Source: Anaeromyxobacteraceae bacterium (GTDB lineage: Bacteria; Myxococcota; Myxococcia; Myxococcales; Anaeromyxobacteraceae). From it: 64,000 bases of DNA. The stretch covers positions 3,136,001-3,200,000 of the forward strand of contig JASGHJ010000002.1 in NCBI GenBank assembly GCA_047602405.1, read 5' to 3'. A program made the translations under genes and the position numbers. Below the pieces are notes generated by a model, which worked only from the letters and a program-made list of their open reading frames with translations, had not been told where the DNA came from and did not search any database. Position 1 is the stretch's first letter; each line of letters opens with the position of its first letter. Below are positions 48,269 through 58,966 of this stretch, piece after piece.

Positions 48269-48388
48269 GCGTACGCTCCGTGGGTGGGGCGGCACTACCG
48301 TAGACACTCGCCGCTCGCCCGACACGCTGCGTGCGCAAGCCCACCAGCCACGGGACCGGGCGCCATCGCCTCCGGGGGAGGCGCGCGC

Positions 48389-49864
48389 TCACGCCGCGGC
48401 CCGCGCCCTGAGGAGGTACCGCGCCCGTTCGCGCAGCGCGCCGCCCTCGAGGAGGAAGAGCGCACCCGCGTACGCGGCGCAGGTCGCGAGGAGCCCGAGC
48501 GCGAGGGACGCGATCGGCCCCGCCTGCACGACCGCGGCGGCGGTGGCGCCTGCCGCCCCGCCCGCGAGGAGGGCGGCCCCGAGCGGCGCCACGTTCTCCG
48601 CGGGGGGCCGGGTGGCGCGCCGGGCCGCCACGCCGCGCAGCACCGCGAGCCCCGCGAGCGGCGCGAGGCTCGTCGCCCAGGCGGCGCCGACGCCGCCCGC
48701 GAGCGGCGCGAGCACGACGAGCCCGGCGACCAGCGCGACCCCGTGGGCGATCACCGAGCGGCGGAGGGCCGGCCAAGCCTCCGAGGCCACGGCCAGCGAC
48801 CGGTAGCCCTCGAGGATGGGCGCGACGGTCGCGTAGAGCCCGAGCACCCGGAGCGCCGGCGCCGCCGGCAGCCACCGCGGTCCGTAGAGGGTCGCCAGCA
48901 GCGCCTCCGGGAAGAGCGCCACCGCGAGGCCGACGAGCGGGGCGAGCCGCGTGACGAAGTACTGCAGGAGGTCGAACGCGCGCCCGAGCCGAACGGGCTC
49001 GTGCCGCACCTTGCTGAAGGTGGCGATCGCGACCTGCATGGTGGCGGGCGCGACCGCCGCCTGCGGGAGGGCGGCGAGCGTCTTCGCCTGGTGGAAGTAG
49101 CCGAGGGCCGCGAGGCCCAGGGTGTTGCCCAGGATCACGCGGTCGGCGCGGGCCAGGATCTGGTCGAGGGCGCGGAACCAGAACAGGCTGCGCGCGAAGG
49201 ACCACGCCCGGCGCGCGGCCGCGCGGTCGAACCCGCGGCCGGACGGCAGGCGCCACCGGCGCGCCAGGAGCACGTACGTGCCGAGCACGAGCCCCGCGAT
49301 GAGCCCCTCGCGCAGCACGAGGGCCTGCGCCCCGAGGCCGCGCGCGGCGGCGACGACGGAGATCACCGCGGCGCACGCGGAGGCCGCGATGGTGACCGCC
49401 GCGGCGCGGCGGTACTCGAGGTCGCGCTCGATCACGGCGGCCATGGCGCTGCGCAGCCCGTCGAGGAGGTTGACGGCCGAGAGCTCGAGGAGGAGGAGCC
49501 CGACCTCCGCGCCGTTGTGGTGCCCGGCCAGGAACGCCGCCGGGATCGAGAGGACGAGCAGGCCGAGCCGCAGGAGGAGGGTCAGGACGAGCGCGGTGTC
49601 CGCGATCCCGGGCACGCCGGGAGACTGCACGACGGCCTGGCCGAACGGGATGAGCCCCACCGCGGAGATGAGCTGGCTGTAGCCGTACGCGAGCGCGTAG
49701 GTGCCGAACCCCGCGGGCGAGACGAACCGGGCGAGCGCCGCGACCGCGCCGAAGTTGACGACGAACGAGCCGTAGGCGCCGGCCGCCGCCCAGAGGCTGC
49801 CGCGGACGGCGCGCCCCGCGAGCGAGGCGCCGGCGGGCGGGGGCTCCGGCCCGACCGGCCTCAC
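48389..49864 (-). CDS. wzx: Oligosaccharide flippase
   Basis: Multi-TM; AVRGSLW, LAR...P..FG, D.VILG......LGYF. Confidence 0.85.
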   Translation of the reverse strand: MRPVGPEPPPAGASLAGRAVRGSLWAAAGAYGSFVVNFGAVAALARFVSPAGFGTYALAYGYSQLISAVGLIPFGQAVVQSPGVPGIADTALVLTLLLRLGLLVLSIPAAFLAGHHNGAEVGLLLLELSAVNLLDGLRSAMAAVIERDLEYRRAAAVTIAASACAAVISVVAAARGLGAQALVLREGLIAGLVLGTYVLLARRWRLPSGRGFDRAAARRAWSFARSLFWFRALDQILARADRVILGNTLGLAALGYFHQAKTLAALPQAAVAPATMQVAIATFSKVRHEPVRLGRAFDLLQYFVTRLAPLVGLAVALFPEALLATLYGPRWLPAAPALRVLGLYATVAPILEGYRSLAVASEAWPALRRSVIAHGVALVAGLVVLAPLAGGVGAAWATSLAPLAGLAVLRGVAARRATRPPAENVAPLGAALLAGGAAGATAAAVVQAGPIASLALGLLATCAAYAGALFLLEGGALRERARYLLRARAAA

Positions 49865-51013
49865 GTGGCCACGGCCCCCGGGCGCGCCTGGGCCAGGGCC
49901 TCGCGGAGCGCCCCGGCCGCGACGAGGACCTCCTCCCGCGAGAGCCCGCACCCGCTCGGCAGGCAGAGACCCCGCGCCCAGAGGCTCGCGGCGACCGGGC
50001 AGCGCCCCTCGCCCCCGGCGCTCACCCGGCGGAACCCGGCGAGGTGCGGCAGCGCGCTCATCGGCACGAAGAAGGGACGGGTCTCGACCCCCCGCGCCCG
50101 CAGGCGCGCGGCGGCCTCGCCCGGCTCGAGCCACGGCGGCAGGACGGCGCTCGTCATCCAGAAGACGTTCCGCGTCCCGGGCGCCTCGCCGTTGAGCGCG
50201 AGCCCGGGCACGCCCCGGAGGGCCTCCTCGTACCACTGGTGGATGAGCCGCTTCTTCGCCACGAACTCCTCGAGCTGCTCGAGCTGCGCGAGGCCCAGCG
50301 CCGCCTGGAGGTTCGTGAGCCGGTAGTTGAACGCGAGCTCCGTGTGGAAGTACCGGCGCTCCGGGCTCATCCCGTGGTCCTTCAGGAACCGCAGCCTGCC
50401 CGCGAGGTCGTCGTCGTCGGTGGTGAGCATCCCCCCCTCGCCCGTGGTGATGATCTCTGTTGCCGTAGAAGGAGAACGCCCCCACCCGGCCGAGCGCGCC
50501 GACGGCCCGCCCCTCGCGCCGCGCGCCGTGCGCCTCGGCGGCGTCCTCGAGCAGCGCCGCACCTGCGCCCTCCGCGAGGCGCTCGAGCGCGCCGGTGTCG
50601 GCGGGCTGGCCGAAGAGGTGGACCGGCACGATCGCCCGGGTCCGGCGCCCGATGGCCCGCTCGACGGCGGCCGGGTCGAGGCACCAGGAGCCGGGCTCGA
50701 CGTCGGCGAGCACCGGGGTCGCGCCGGTGAGGAGCACCGCGTGCGCGGTGGCCGCGAAGGTGAGGTCCGGGACGATCACCTCGTCGCCCGGTCCCAGCCC
50801 GAGCGCGTGGAGCGCGAGGTGGAGGGCGACCGTCCCGTTCGAGACGGTGATCGCGTGGCGGACGCCCACGCAGGCCGCGAAGGCGGCCTCGAACCGCTCC
50901 ACGTAGGGGCCGCTGCTCGAGACCCAGCCCGACCGCACCGCGTCGGTCACGTAGCGGAGCTCGCGCTCGCCCAGCACCGGTGCCGCCACGGGGATGTGTC
51001 GCTCCGCCTCCAT
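49861..51013 (-). CDS. DegT-family aminotransferase (perosamine-synthase-like); +1 frameshift near 50457
   Basis: SGWVSS.G, SNGTVALH, EDAAEAHG, FSFYGN[K]IITTGEGG, NYRLTNLQAA. Confidence 0.9.
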
Positions 51014-51036
51014 CGCTCCTCCTCCCTGGTGCCGGG

Positions 51037-52216
51037 TCATGAGGCGAACCGGCGCCTGCGCGCGCCCTGCCGCTCGAGCCGCTCGAGGTGCCGGGCCAGC
51101 GTCCGGCGGAACACCGGGTAGTCGTGCCGCTCCCGCACGCGGGCGAGCCCGGCCTCGCCCAGACGAGCGCGGAGCGCGGGGTCCCGCGCGAGCTGGACGA
51201 GGCGGGCGGCGTGGCCGTCGAGGTCGAAGGGGTCGAGGACGTAGCCCGTCTCGCCGTGGTCGGCGGCCTCCCGGGAGCCGTCCTGATCGCCCACCAGCAC
51301 GGGCTTCCCGCACGCGGCGGCCTCGAGCGGCGCGAGGGGCAAGCCCTCGCCGCGCCTCGGGCCCCGGTCGCTCACGAGCGAGAAGACGTCGCAGGCCCGG
51401 TACACCTCCACGAGGTCGTCCTCGCGGATCGGCCCGGTGAACGTCACGCGATCCACGATCCCGAGCGCGCCGGCGCGGGCGCGCAGCGCGGCGCCGAGCG
51501 CGCCGCCCCCCGCGAAGACCAGCCTGAGCTCGGGCATCCGGGGGGCCGCGCGGGCGAAGGCGTCCAGCAGCCGCTCGTACCCCTTGTGCGCGGCGGCGGC
51601 GACGAGCCTCCCCAGGGTGAGGATCACGACGTGGCGGCTCGGGTCCGGCAGGCCCAGCCGCGCGACGACCTCGCCGCGCGGCGGACCGGGCCGGAACCGC
51701 CGGGTGTCGACGCAGTCCGGCAGGACCTCGAGCGCCCGGTCCGGGCGCAGCCGGGCCTCCCGCAGGTAGGCCGCCGTGTGCTGGCAATCCGCGAGCACCA
51801 GAATCCGCCGCCGCGAGCCCCCAGGCCGCGTCGCGCCGGAGCCCGCTCCACACCTCGAGGCCGTAGACGTCGAGCGCCGACCGCGCGCCGACCGCGCGCG
51901 CCACGGCGACCGCCAGGCCCGCGAAGTTCACGTGGGCCGAGAGCACGAGCGCGGGCCGCAGCCGCAGCCCGTCCGCCACCGCCCGGGCCGCGAAGGCGAG
52001 CTTCTGCCGCGCGGTCGCGCCGCGCTCCGGGTCGCGCCCGCCCGCGGTCCACTCCACCCGGAACGGCGCCTCCAGATCGCCGGGCCCCGGCGCGCGCAGC
52101 GAGTGCACCCGGACGCCGTCCTCGCCGAGGAGCTCGCGCAGCGCCGTGATCTGGTAGCGCCCGTAGCGGCTGATCCCGCCCTTGTCGAAGCAGCCCGGCG
52201 TCAGGTACAGGACCAA
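51037..52216 (-). CDS. GT4 glycosyltransferase; +1 frameshift at 51801-51805
   Basis: GGISRY, GRL....HKG, EGLPLAPLEAAACGKPV. Confidence 0.88.
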
Positions 52217-52363
52217 CGCTCCTCCCGTCGAGGGCACGGCCGGCCGGGCGCGCGGCACGCGCCCCTCCCTCGCTCCCCGCGATGCCCGGGCGTGCGACCC
52301 CGGCCGGCAGTGACAACGTTCACATCGCCGCACGCGCCGTCGACCCTCGCGAGGTTCCGCCCG

Positions 52364-53830
52364 ATGCCGTCCGCCACGACGACGCTGCGAGGAGCGGAGC
52401 CCGCGGTGCTCCTGCTCGCGGCGGTCGGCGTCGTCGCGATCCACGCGCTCGCCGGGTCGCCGGTCGAGCTCCACGTGCGGCTCCTCGCGGCCGCGCTCGG
52501 CGTGCTCGCGTGCCTGCTCTGGTGGCGCTTCCTCGCGACGTCCGCGGCGCCGGACGCGGCGCAGCAGGGCCCGTTCCCGTTCCTCCCCTACGCGCTCACG
52601 CAGCTCTACCTCTACTGGGCGTTCGCCACCGTCACGGTCACCCGCGGGAGCCTGCCGCCGGTGAGCCCGGCCGCGTACGGCGGCGCGGTGCTCGCGGCGC
52701 TCGTGGTCGCGCTCGGCGTCCTCCTCGCGTTCCCCGCCGGACGGGACGTCGGCGCGCGGACGGAGCGCGCGCTCGACCGGTGCCTCCCCGCCCGCGCGCC
52801 CGCGCTGAACGCGTTCGTGCTCGCCCCCTGGCTCGCGGTCTGCGCGGTCGTGCAGGCCGACGTCGTGGCGCAGGCGGTCCCCGGGAGCGCGTACTTCCTC
52901 GTGAAGACGCTCGGCGATCCGGCGCCGCTCCTCGCCGCGATCGCCTGGCGTGACCTCCGGACCGCGAGCCCGAGCCGGACGCTCGCGCTCTCGGCCGGGG
53001 TGCTGTCGGTGGCGGGCCTCCTCAGCGGCATGCTCGAGGCGGCCGTGCAGCCGCTCCTCACGGCCGCGATCCTGCAGCTCGTCTTCCGGCGGCGGCTGCC
53101 CTGGCGGCTCGTGGTCGCGGGCGCCGCGGTCATCCTCGTGGTGAACCCCGCGAAGTACCATTACCGCGAGCTCGCCTGGGAGGAGGTCCAGAGCCGCGAC
53201 GAGCGGGCCGCGAAGGACCCGCTGCTCGCGATCCGCCAGTGGGGCGAGGCGATCCGGATGGCGTGGGCCGAGGGGCCCGCCGAGCGGCAGCGCAACGCGA
53301 GCGGGGTCGCGAGCCGCCTCGACGAGCTCTCGATGAACGCGGTCGTGCTGCAGGCGACGCCCTCCGCCGTCCCGTTCGACGGCGGCGTCACCTGGCCGGA
53401 GGCCCTGCTCTCGGTCGTGCCGCGGTTCCTCCACCCGGGCAAGCCCAGCTACACCGAGCTGTACAACGACCGGTTCAGCGTCACCTTCGGGCTCCAGTCG
53501 CGCGACTCCACCGCCACGTCCACGGGCGCCTTCCCGCTCGTGGCGGACGGCTACTGGAACTTCGGCTGGCCCGGGGTGGTCTTCGTCGGCCTCGCTGCCG
53601 GCTGGATCTTCGGCTTCTTCGCGGGGGCGCTGCGGGCCCGCTCCTGGGCGGCCGCCGCGATCGGCACGTCGATCTTCGTGCAGCTCCACGCCAACAACCC
53701 GCTCGCGCTGCAGGTCATCGGCGTGCTGCAGCGGGTCCTCGGCCTCGCGCTCGTGCTCTGGCTCGTCTCGGCCTCCTCGCGGCTCCTCGAGGACGTCCTC
53801 TCCGCGCTGCGGCGCCCCGTCCGCGGGTGA
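52364..53830 (+). CDS. Polytopic membrane protein, probable Wzy-like polymerase
   Basis: About 10 TM segments, periplasmic loop, VPRFL.P.KP, GYWNFGWPGV; cluster context. Confidence 0.65.
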   Translation: MPSATTTLRGAEPAVLLLAAVGVVAIHALAGSPVELHVRLLAAALGVLACLLWWRFLATSAAPDAAQQGPFPFLPYALTQLYLYWAFATVTVTRGSLPPVSPAAYGGAVLAALVVALGVLLAFPAGRDVGARTERALDRCLPARAPALNAFVLAPWLAVCAVVQADVVAQAVPGSAYFLVKTLGDPAPLLAAIAWRDLRTASPSRTLALSAGVLSVAGLLSGMLEAAVQPLLTAAILQLVFRRRLPWRLVVAGAAVILVVNPAKYHYRELAWEEVQSRDERAAKDPLLAIRQWGEAIRMAWAEGPAERQRNASGVASRLDELSMNAVVLQATPSAVPFDGGVTWPEALLSVVPRFLHPGKPSYTELYNDRFSVTFGLQSRDSTATSTGAFPLVADGYWNFGWPGVVFVGLAAGWIFGFFAGALRARSWAAAAIGTSIFVQLHANNPLALQVIGVLQRVLGLALVLWLVSASSRLLEDVLSALRRPVRG

Positions 53831-53835
53831 GGCCG

Positions 53836-55011
53836 ATGCGCGTCGTCCACGTCACCTCGTACTTCCACCCGGCCGTCGAGTGGGGCGGCCCGGTGCGCTC
53901 CGTCGCGATGCTCGCGCAGGCCTGCGCCCGCGCGGGCGCCGACGTCGAGGTCCTCACCACGAACGCGCGCGGCGGGCCCCGGCTCCCCCGGGTCCCCCCC
54001 GGCACGCGCGAGGTCGGGGGTGTCCGCGTCACCTACGTCGAGGCGCGAGGCCCCGCACGCTTCTTCTTCTCCGCGGGCCTGCGGCGGTTGCTCGACCAGC
54101 GGGTGCCGCCGGCCGACGTCGTCCACCTGCACGGGATCTGGACCTACCCGGTGCTGGCCGCGGCCCGCGCCTGCGAGCGGCTCGGCGTGCCGTACGTGCT
54201 CTCCCCGCGGGGCTCGCTCGACCCCTGGGCGCTCGGGCAGAAGCGCTGGAAGAAGCGCGGGTACCTCTGGCTTTTCGAGCGCCGCACGCTCGAGGCCGCC
54301 GCGCTGCTCCACTTCACCTCCGAGGACGAGCGCAGGACCGCGCCGGACCCCTTCCGCTCCCTCCCCGGCATCGTGATCCCGAACTGCCTCGAGGTCGACG
54401 ACCTCCTCGGCCTCGAGCGCGAGGCCCCGGCGCCCGGACCGCCCGAGATCCTGATGCTCGGGCGGATCCACCCGATGAAGGGCTTCGACGTGATGGTCCC
54501 GGCGCTCGCGGCGCTCGCCGCGCGCGGGGTCGACGCCCGGCTCGTCGTGGCGGGCGGCGACGAGGGCGGCCACCGCGCCGAGGTGGAGGACCTCGTCCGG
54601 CGCCACGCGGTCGCGGACCGGGTGCGGTTCCTCGGCTCCGTCGAGGGGGAGGCGCGGCGCGCCGCCTTCCGCCGCGCCGGGGTGCTCGCCGCGCCGTCCC
54701 ACCGCGAGAACTTCGGCAACGCCATCGCGGAGGCGATGGCGGCGGGGCTGCCCGTCGTGGTGAGCCCGCGGGTCGGGATCGCCTCCGACGTCTTCGAGGC
54801 GGGCGCCGGCCTGGTCGTGCCGCGCGAGCCGGCCCCGCTGGCGGAGGCGCTCGCCGGCCTCCTCGCCGACGCCTCCCTCCGCGCCGAGATGGGGCGGCGC
54901 GGGCGGGAGCTCGTGCGCACCCGCTACGCGGCGCCGGCGGTCGCACGGGCCACCCTCGCCGCCTACCGCGAGATCGCGCGGCCCCGCCCGGCCCAGGAGC
55001 ACCCTACGTGA
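53836..55011 (+). CDS. GT4 glycosyltransferase
   Basis: GGP, VHLHG, GRIHPMKG, ENFGNAIAEAMAAGLPV. Confidence 0.92.
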   Translation: MRVVHVTSYFHPAVEWGGPVRSVAMLAQACARAGADVEVLTTNARGGPRLPRVPPGTREVGGVRVTYVEARGPARFFFSAGLRRLLDQRVPPADVVHLHGIWTYPVLAAARACERLGVPYVLSPRGSLDPWALGQKRWKKRGYLWLFERRTLEAAALLHFTSEDERRTAPDPFRSLPGIVIPNCLEVDDLLGLEREAPAPGPPEILMLGRIHPMKGFDVMVPALAALAARGVDARLVVAGGDEGGHRAEVEDLVRRHAVADRVRFLGSVEGEARRAAFRRAGVLAAPSHRENFGNAIAEAMAAGLPVVVSPRVGIASDVFEAGAGLVVPREPAPLAEALAGLLADASLRAEMGRRGRELVRTRYAAPAVARATLAAYREIARPRPAQEHPT

Positions 55012-56441
55012 ACGTCCTCCTCACCACCCAGGTCTTCCCTCCGGAGGCGCATCCCTCCGCCGTCATGGTCGACGAGCTCGCCCGCTTCCTCGCCGCACGG
55101 GGCCACGGGGTGACGGTCGCCTGCGGCCACCCCATCCACCCCACCGGGCGCCTCCCCGCCGGCTGGTCCCGCACGCTCCTGCGGCGCGAGCGCCGCGCGG
55201 ACGGCGTGGAGGTGGTGCGCGGGTGGCACCTCGTCACGCCGAGCCGGCGCATCGGCGCCCGGGCCGCGGTGTGGGCGTCGCAGGCGCTCGGGACGTGCGG
55301 CGCGGCGCTCGCGGCGCCGGGGCGGCCCGACGTGGTGGTGAGCTACGGCCCCCCGCTCGTCGGCCCCATCCTCTCGGGAGCCGTCGCGCGGGCGCGGGGC
55401 GCGGCGCTCGTGAGCGTGATCTACGACATCTACCCCGACGTCGCGGTCGAGACCGGGAAGGTCACGAGCCCGGCCGTGATCGGCGCGGCCCGGTGGGCCG
55501 AGCGGCTGCAGTACCGCCTCTCGGACCGCGTGCTCGTGCTGTCGGAGGGCTTCCGCCGGACGCTCTCGGCCCGGGGCGTGCCGGACGCGCGCCTGGCGGT
55601 CGTCCCCGTCTGGCTCCAGGCGGACGAGATCGTGCCGCTCGCGCGGGAGAACGCGTGGCGCGCGAGGGCGGGCATCGATCCCGGGCGCCGGGTGGTGCTC
55701 TACGCCGGGACGGTGGGCTGGGTCTCGGGGGCGCGGGTCGTGCTCGACGCGGCGGAGCGCCTCCGCGCGCGGGAGGACGTGCTGTTCCTCTTCGTCGGCG
55801 AGGGTCAGGTGAAGGACGAGCTCGAGCGGGCGGCCGGGAGGCTCCCCAACGTCCGGTTCATGCCGCTCCAGCCGCGCGCCGAGCTCGCCCAGGTCCAGGC
55901 CACGGCGGACGTCTCGCTCGTCACGCTGGCCCCCGGCCGCGGGCGCACGAGCGTGCCGAGCAAGGTCATCGGCTACCTCGCCGCCGGGCGACCGGTCGTC
56001 GCGAGCGTGGACCTCGACTCCGACACCGCGGAGGAGGTGCGCGGGGCCGGCGCCGGCGTGGTCGTGCCGCCCGGCGACGGCGCCGCCCTGGCGCGGGCGC
56101 TCGAGGGGCTGCTCGACGACGAGGGCGCGCGGGCGATCATGGGCGAGCGGGCCCGCCGGGCCTTCGAGGCGGAGCACGCCGCGGGGAGCGTGCTCGCACG
56201 CTACGCTCGCGTGCTCGAGGAGGCCGTCAGCGCGCGGGGCGAGGCGCGCGCGGCCGGGCGAGCACGCCGAGCGTCCGCGCGAGGAGCCTGGAATCCGTGC
56301 CCATCGAGCGCTCGTCGAGGTAGCGCCGGTACAGGGCGAGCTTCGCGGGGAGCACCGCCTCGACGTAGGCGGCCTCCGGGTCCTGCGCGCCGGCGAGCAA
56401 TGCCTCCTCGTCGCGGTACGCGATGGCGGCGTAGTCGGTGA
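55008..56441 (+). CDS. GT4 glycosyltransferase (WbuB-like); conserved part ends near 56230
   Basis: TQVFPPE, DIYPD, LYAGT.G, SVPSK...YLAAGRPV. Confidence 0.88.
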   Translation: MNVLLTTQVFPPEAHPSAVMVDELARFLAARGHGVTVACGHPIHPTGRLPAGWSRTLLRRERRADGVEVVRGWHLVTPSRRIGARAAVWASQALGTCGAALAAPGRPDVVVSYGPPLVGPILSGAVARARGAALVSVIYDIYPDVAVETGKVTSPAVIGAARWAERLQYRLSDRVLVLSEGFRRTLSARGVPDARLAVVPVWLQADEIVPLARENAWRARAGIDPGRRVVLYAGTVGWVSGARVVLDAAERLRAREDVLFLFVGEGQVKDELERAAGRLPNVRFMPLQPRAELAQVQATADVSLVTLAPGRGRTSVPSKVIGYLAAGRPVVASVDLDSDTAEEVRGAGAGVVVPPGDGAALARALEGLLDDEGARAIMGERARRAFEAEHAAGSVLARYARVLEEAVSARGEARAAGRARRASARGAWNPCPSSARRGSAGTGRASRGAPPRRRRPPGPARRRAMPPRRGTRWRRSR

Positions 56442-56889
56442 GGCCGGGGCGCACCTCCAGGATGGGCGCGTAGGCCTCCTCGAAGCGGCGCACGAACCTC
56501 GGGAGCTCGGGCCGGGGCCCCACGAGGCTCATGTCGCCCGCGAGCACGTTCCAGAGCTGCGGGAGCTCGTCGAGCTTCGAGCGGCGCAGCCACCGGCCGG
56601 CGCGCGTCACCCTCGCGTCGCCGCCCGCCGTGACCGCCGGCCCGCCCGGCGCCTCGCGCATGGTCCGGAGCTTCAGGATCCGGAAGGGGCGCCCGCCCCG
56701 GCCGACCCGGACCTGGCGGAACAGCACCGGGCCGGGCGACGAGAGCTTCACGGCCACCGCCGCCACCGCGAGCACGGGCGACACGACGAGCAGCCCGACC
56801 ACCGCGGCGACGACGTCCAGCGAGCGCTTCGCGAACCGGTAGCCGGGACGGCCCGCCCGCGATCGCGGCTCGCTCACGTTCCCGGCCAC
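56227..56889 (-). CDS. Polyprenyl-phosphate sugar (priming) transferase
   Basis: KR.LD, SPGPVLFRQ.RVG, DELPQLWNVL.GDMSLVGPRPE. Confidence 0.93.
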   Translation of the reverse strand: MAGNVSEPRSRAGRPGYRFAKRSLDVVAAVVGLLVVSPVLAVAAVAVKLSSPGPVLFRQVRVGRGGRPFRILKLRTMREAPGGPAVTAGGDARVTRAGRWLRRSKLDELPQLWNVLAGDMSLVGPRPELPRFVRRFEEAYAPILEVRPGLTDYAAIAYRDEEALLAGAQDPEAAYVEAVLPAKLALYRRYLDERSMGTDSRLLARTLGVLARPRAPRPAR

Positions 56890-56927
56890 GCTGCTTACCG
56901 TAAGGCTCGCGCCCGAGGTGCGCCCGG

Positions 56928-57873
56928 ATGGACGTCGAGACCTTCGCAGAGTGGCTGCGCCGCCAGGGGCACCGGGTCACGCGCTCGGAGAGCGCCTGGT
57001 GGTTCGACCGTGGCCCGCGGGCGCTCCTCGCGTTCCCCTGGCACCGCCCGATCCGGCCGCCCCGGCGAGAGCTGCGCGCGCTCCTGCGCCAGACGCGCGC
57101 GGTCGCGCTCCGGTTCGTGGGACCCGCCGACGGGCCGGGCGGCGCGCCGGGCTACGACATCGTCCTCGACGAGCCGGGCTACGACCTCGGCAACGTCTCC
57201 CGGTCCACCCGGCCGGTCGTCAAGAAGGCGCTCGCACGCTGCGAGAATCGCGCCGATCTCGTTCGAGCGGTACGCGCGGGATGGGTGGGTCCTCGAGCGC
57301 GACACGCGGCTGCGGCAGGGGCGCCCTTCCCGCGAAGGGCAGGCCGCCTGGGAGCGGATGGCGCGGGCCGCCGACGGCCTGCCCGGCTTCGAGGTCTGGG
57401 GCGCCACCGTGGAAGGGCGCCTCGCCTCGACCCTGTTCCTCACGCGCGTGGGCGACTGCGTGACCTACCTCTCCCAGCAGTCGCTCGCGGAGCTCTGGCC
57501 CCTGCACGCGAACCACGCCCTCGCGTACGAGGTCAGCCGCGCCGCCCGGGCGCGACCGGGCGTCACGATGCTGCACTACGGCCTGCAGGGCCTCGACGCG
57601 CCGCCCTCGGTGGACGACTTCAAGTGCCACCTCGGCTTCCGCCGGCGGCCGGTGCGCTACCACGTGGACTTTCACCCCGTCGTGGCACCGTTCGTGACGC
57701 CCGCCACCCACGCGCTCCTCGCCCGCGCCCGGGACCGCTTCCGCGGCAGCGCGGTCCTCGCGAAGGGCGAGGGGCTGGCGCGGATCTACGTCGAGGCGGC
57801 GCGCGTGCCTACGCCCGTCGCAACCGTGGCGCCAGGGCCCGGAGCGCCTGCCGGACCGGATCGAGGCCCCTGA
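56928..57873 (+). CDS. GNAT/FemAB-like protein; +1 frameshift at 57245-57249
   Basis: Two overlapping ORFs joined by removing one A; ANHAL.YE...YGL......VDDFK..LGF C-terminus. Confidence 0.65.
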
Positions 57874-58855
57874 GCACGCGCCGCGCGAGGCGGGCCGCGA
57901 GCCCGCGGGCGGCGCGCACGAGGTCCAGGGGGCGGACCGCTCGCCACGAGCGGAGCACGAGGTAGGCGCCGAGCGTGAAGGGCTGGCCTCCGAGCTGCCG
58001 CTTGTAGGCCGCGTCCCCGAGCAGGAAGCGGCAGACGGTCACGCCGTGCGCCACGAGGTGCCGCGCCCCCGCGATCATGACGAGCTTGCCCGGGCTGCAC
58101 GCGGCGTAGGCGGCGTCGAAGCCGAGCATCCACGCGGTGGCCACCTCCCCGCGGCAGACGTGCACGACGCCCGCGAGGACCCGCCCTCCGGCGCGAAGCA
58201 CGGTCGCGCAGCCATGCCGGGACGCCACCGCGTGGATGCCCTCCTCGTAGAAGGCGTCGATCGCGGACTCCACGCCGCGCGCGGCCAGCCGCGCGCGGTG
58301 GAGCCGGGCGATCTCGGCGACGAGCGCGCGGGAGAGCGCTGGGCCCTCGACGGTCTCCATCGCCCAGCCCGGCGCGAGGCGATCCAGCCGCCGCTCGCAG
58401 GATCGGCACTCCCGGACGAGCTTCTTCCCGAGCACGCGATCGTACGCCTCCACCCGCGCGGGGATGGGCACCCGGAGCTCGCGGTCCTCCCGCAGGACGA
58501 GCCGCGGCCGCGTCCCCGGGCGCCGGCGGCCCGGCGCGTCGATGAGCTCGGTGCGGATCCTCACGACCTCCGGGTGGCGCTCGAAGACCGCCTCGGCGAA
58601 CGCCTCCAGGACCTCGGCCGGCGGATCGGCGTAGCGGTCGAGCAGCGCCGCCGTGCCACGGCCGTCGCGCACGAAGACGAAGGCGGCCAGCGGGGGCCCG
58701 CCCGGCGCGGCCCGGACGAAGGCGAGCTCCGGGCTGGCGGGGTGATCGAAGTGATCGATGAACGCTTTGGTACAGGCGTGGCTCCGGGTGACCGCCTCGT
58801 ACGCGGCCCACGCGTCGGGCGGGATCGGAGGCTCACGGAGCTCGACGTGGAGCAT
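57809..58855 (-). CDS. GNAT acetyltransferase (Acetyltransf_6/BcsL-like)
   Basis: GFD..YA.CSPG, FLLGD..YKRQLG. Confidence 0.8.
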   Translation of the reverse strand: MLHVELREPPIPPDAWAAYEAVTRSHACTKAFIDHFDHPASPELAFVRAAPGGPPLAAFVFVRDGRGTAALLDRYADPPAEVLEAFAEAVFERHPEVVRIRTELIDAPGRRRPGTRPRLVLREDRELRVPIPARVEAYDRVLGKKLVRECRSCERRLDRLAPGWAMETVEGPALSRALVAEIARLHRARLAARGVESAIDAFYEEGIHAVASRHGCATVLRAGGRVLAGVVHVCRGEVATAWMLGFDAAYAACSPGKLVMIAGARHLVAHGVTVCRFLLGDAAYKRQLGGQPFTLGAYLVLRSWRAVRPLDLVRAARGLAARLARRVLRGLDPVRQALRALAPRLRRA

Positions 58856-58919
58856 CGCGAGCCAGCGTATGCATCGCGGCTCGGCGCCGACCACCCACGG
58901 CCCGGGACGGGGAGACGGC

Positions 58920-58958
58920 GGCGTCGACCCGGGGACTCCCGCCCCCCGGGTCGACGCC
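58920..58958. terminator. 15-bp perfect hairpin downstream of the beta-helix gene
   Basis: ggcgtcgacccgggg-N9-ccccgggtcgacgcc. Confidence 0.65.
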
Positions 58959-58966
58959 CCGTACGG

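Noticed and set aside
56227..56441. 215-bp overlap of convergent GT4 and sugar-transferase genes
   Set aside because: The GT4 tail is low-complexity run-on in GC-rich DNA; no sign of function
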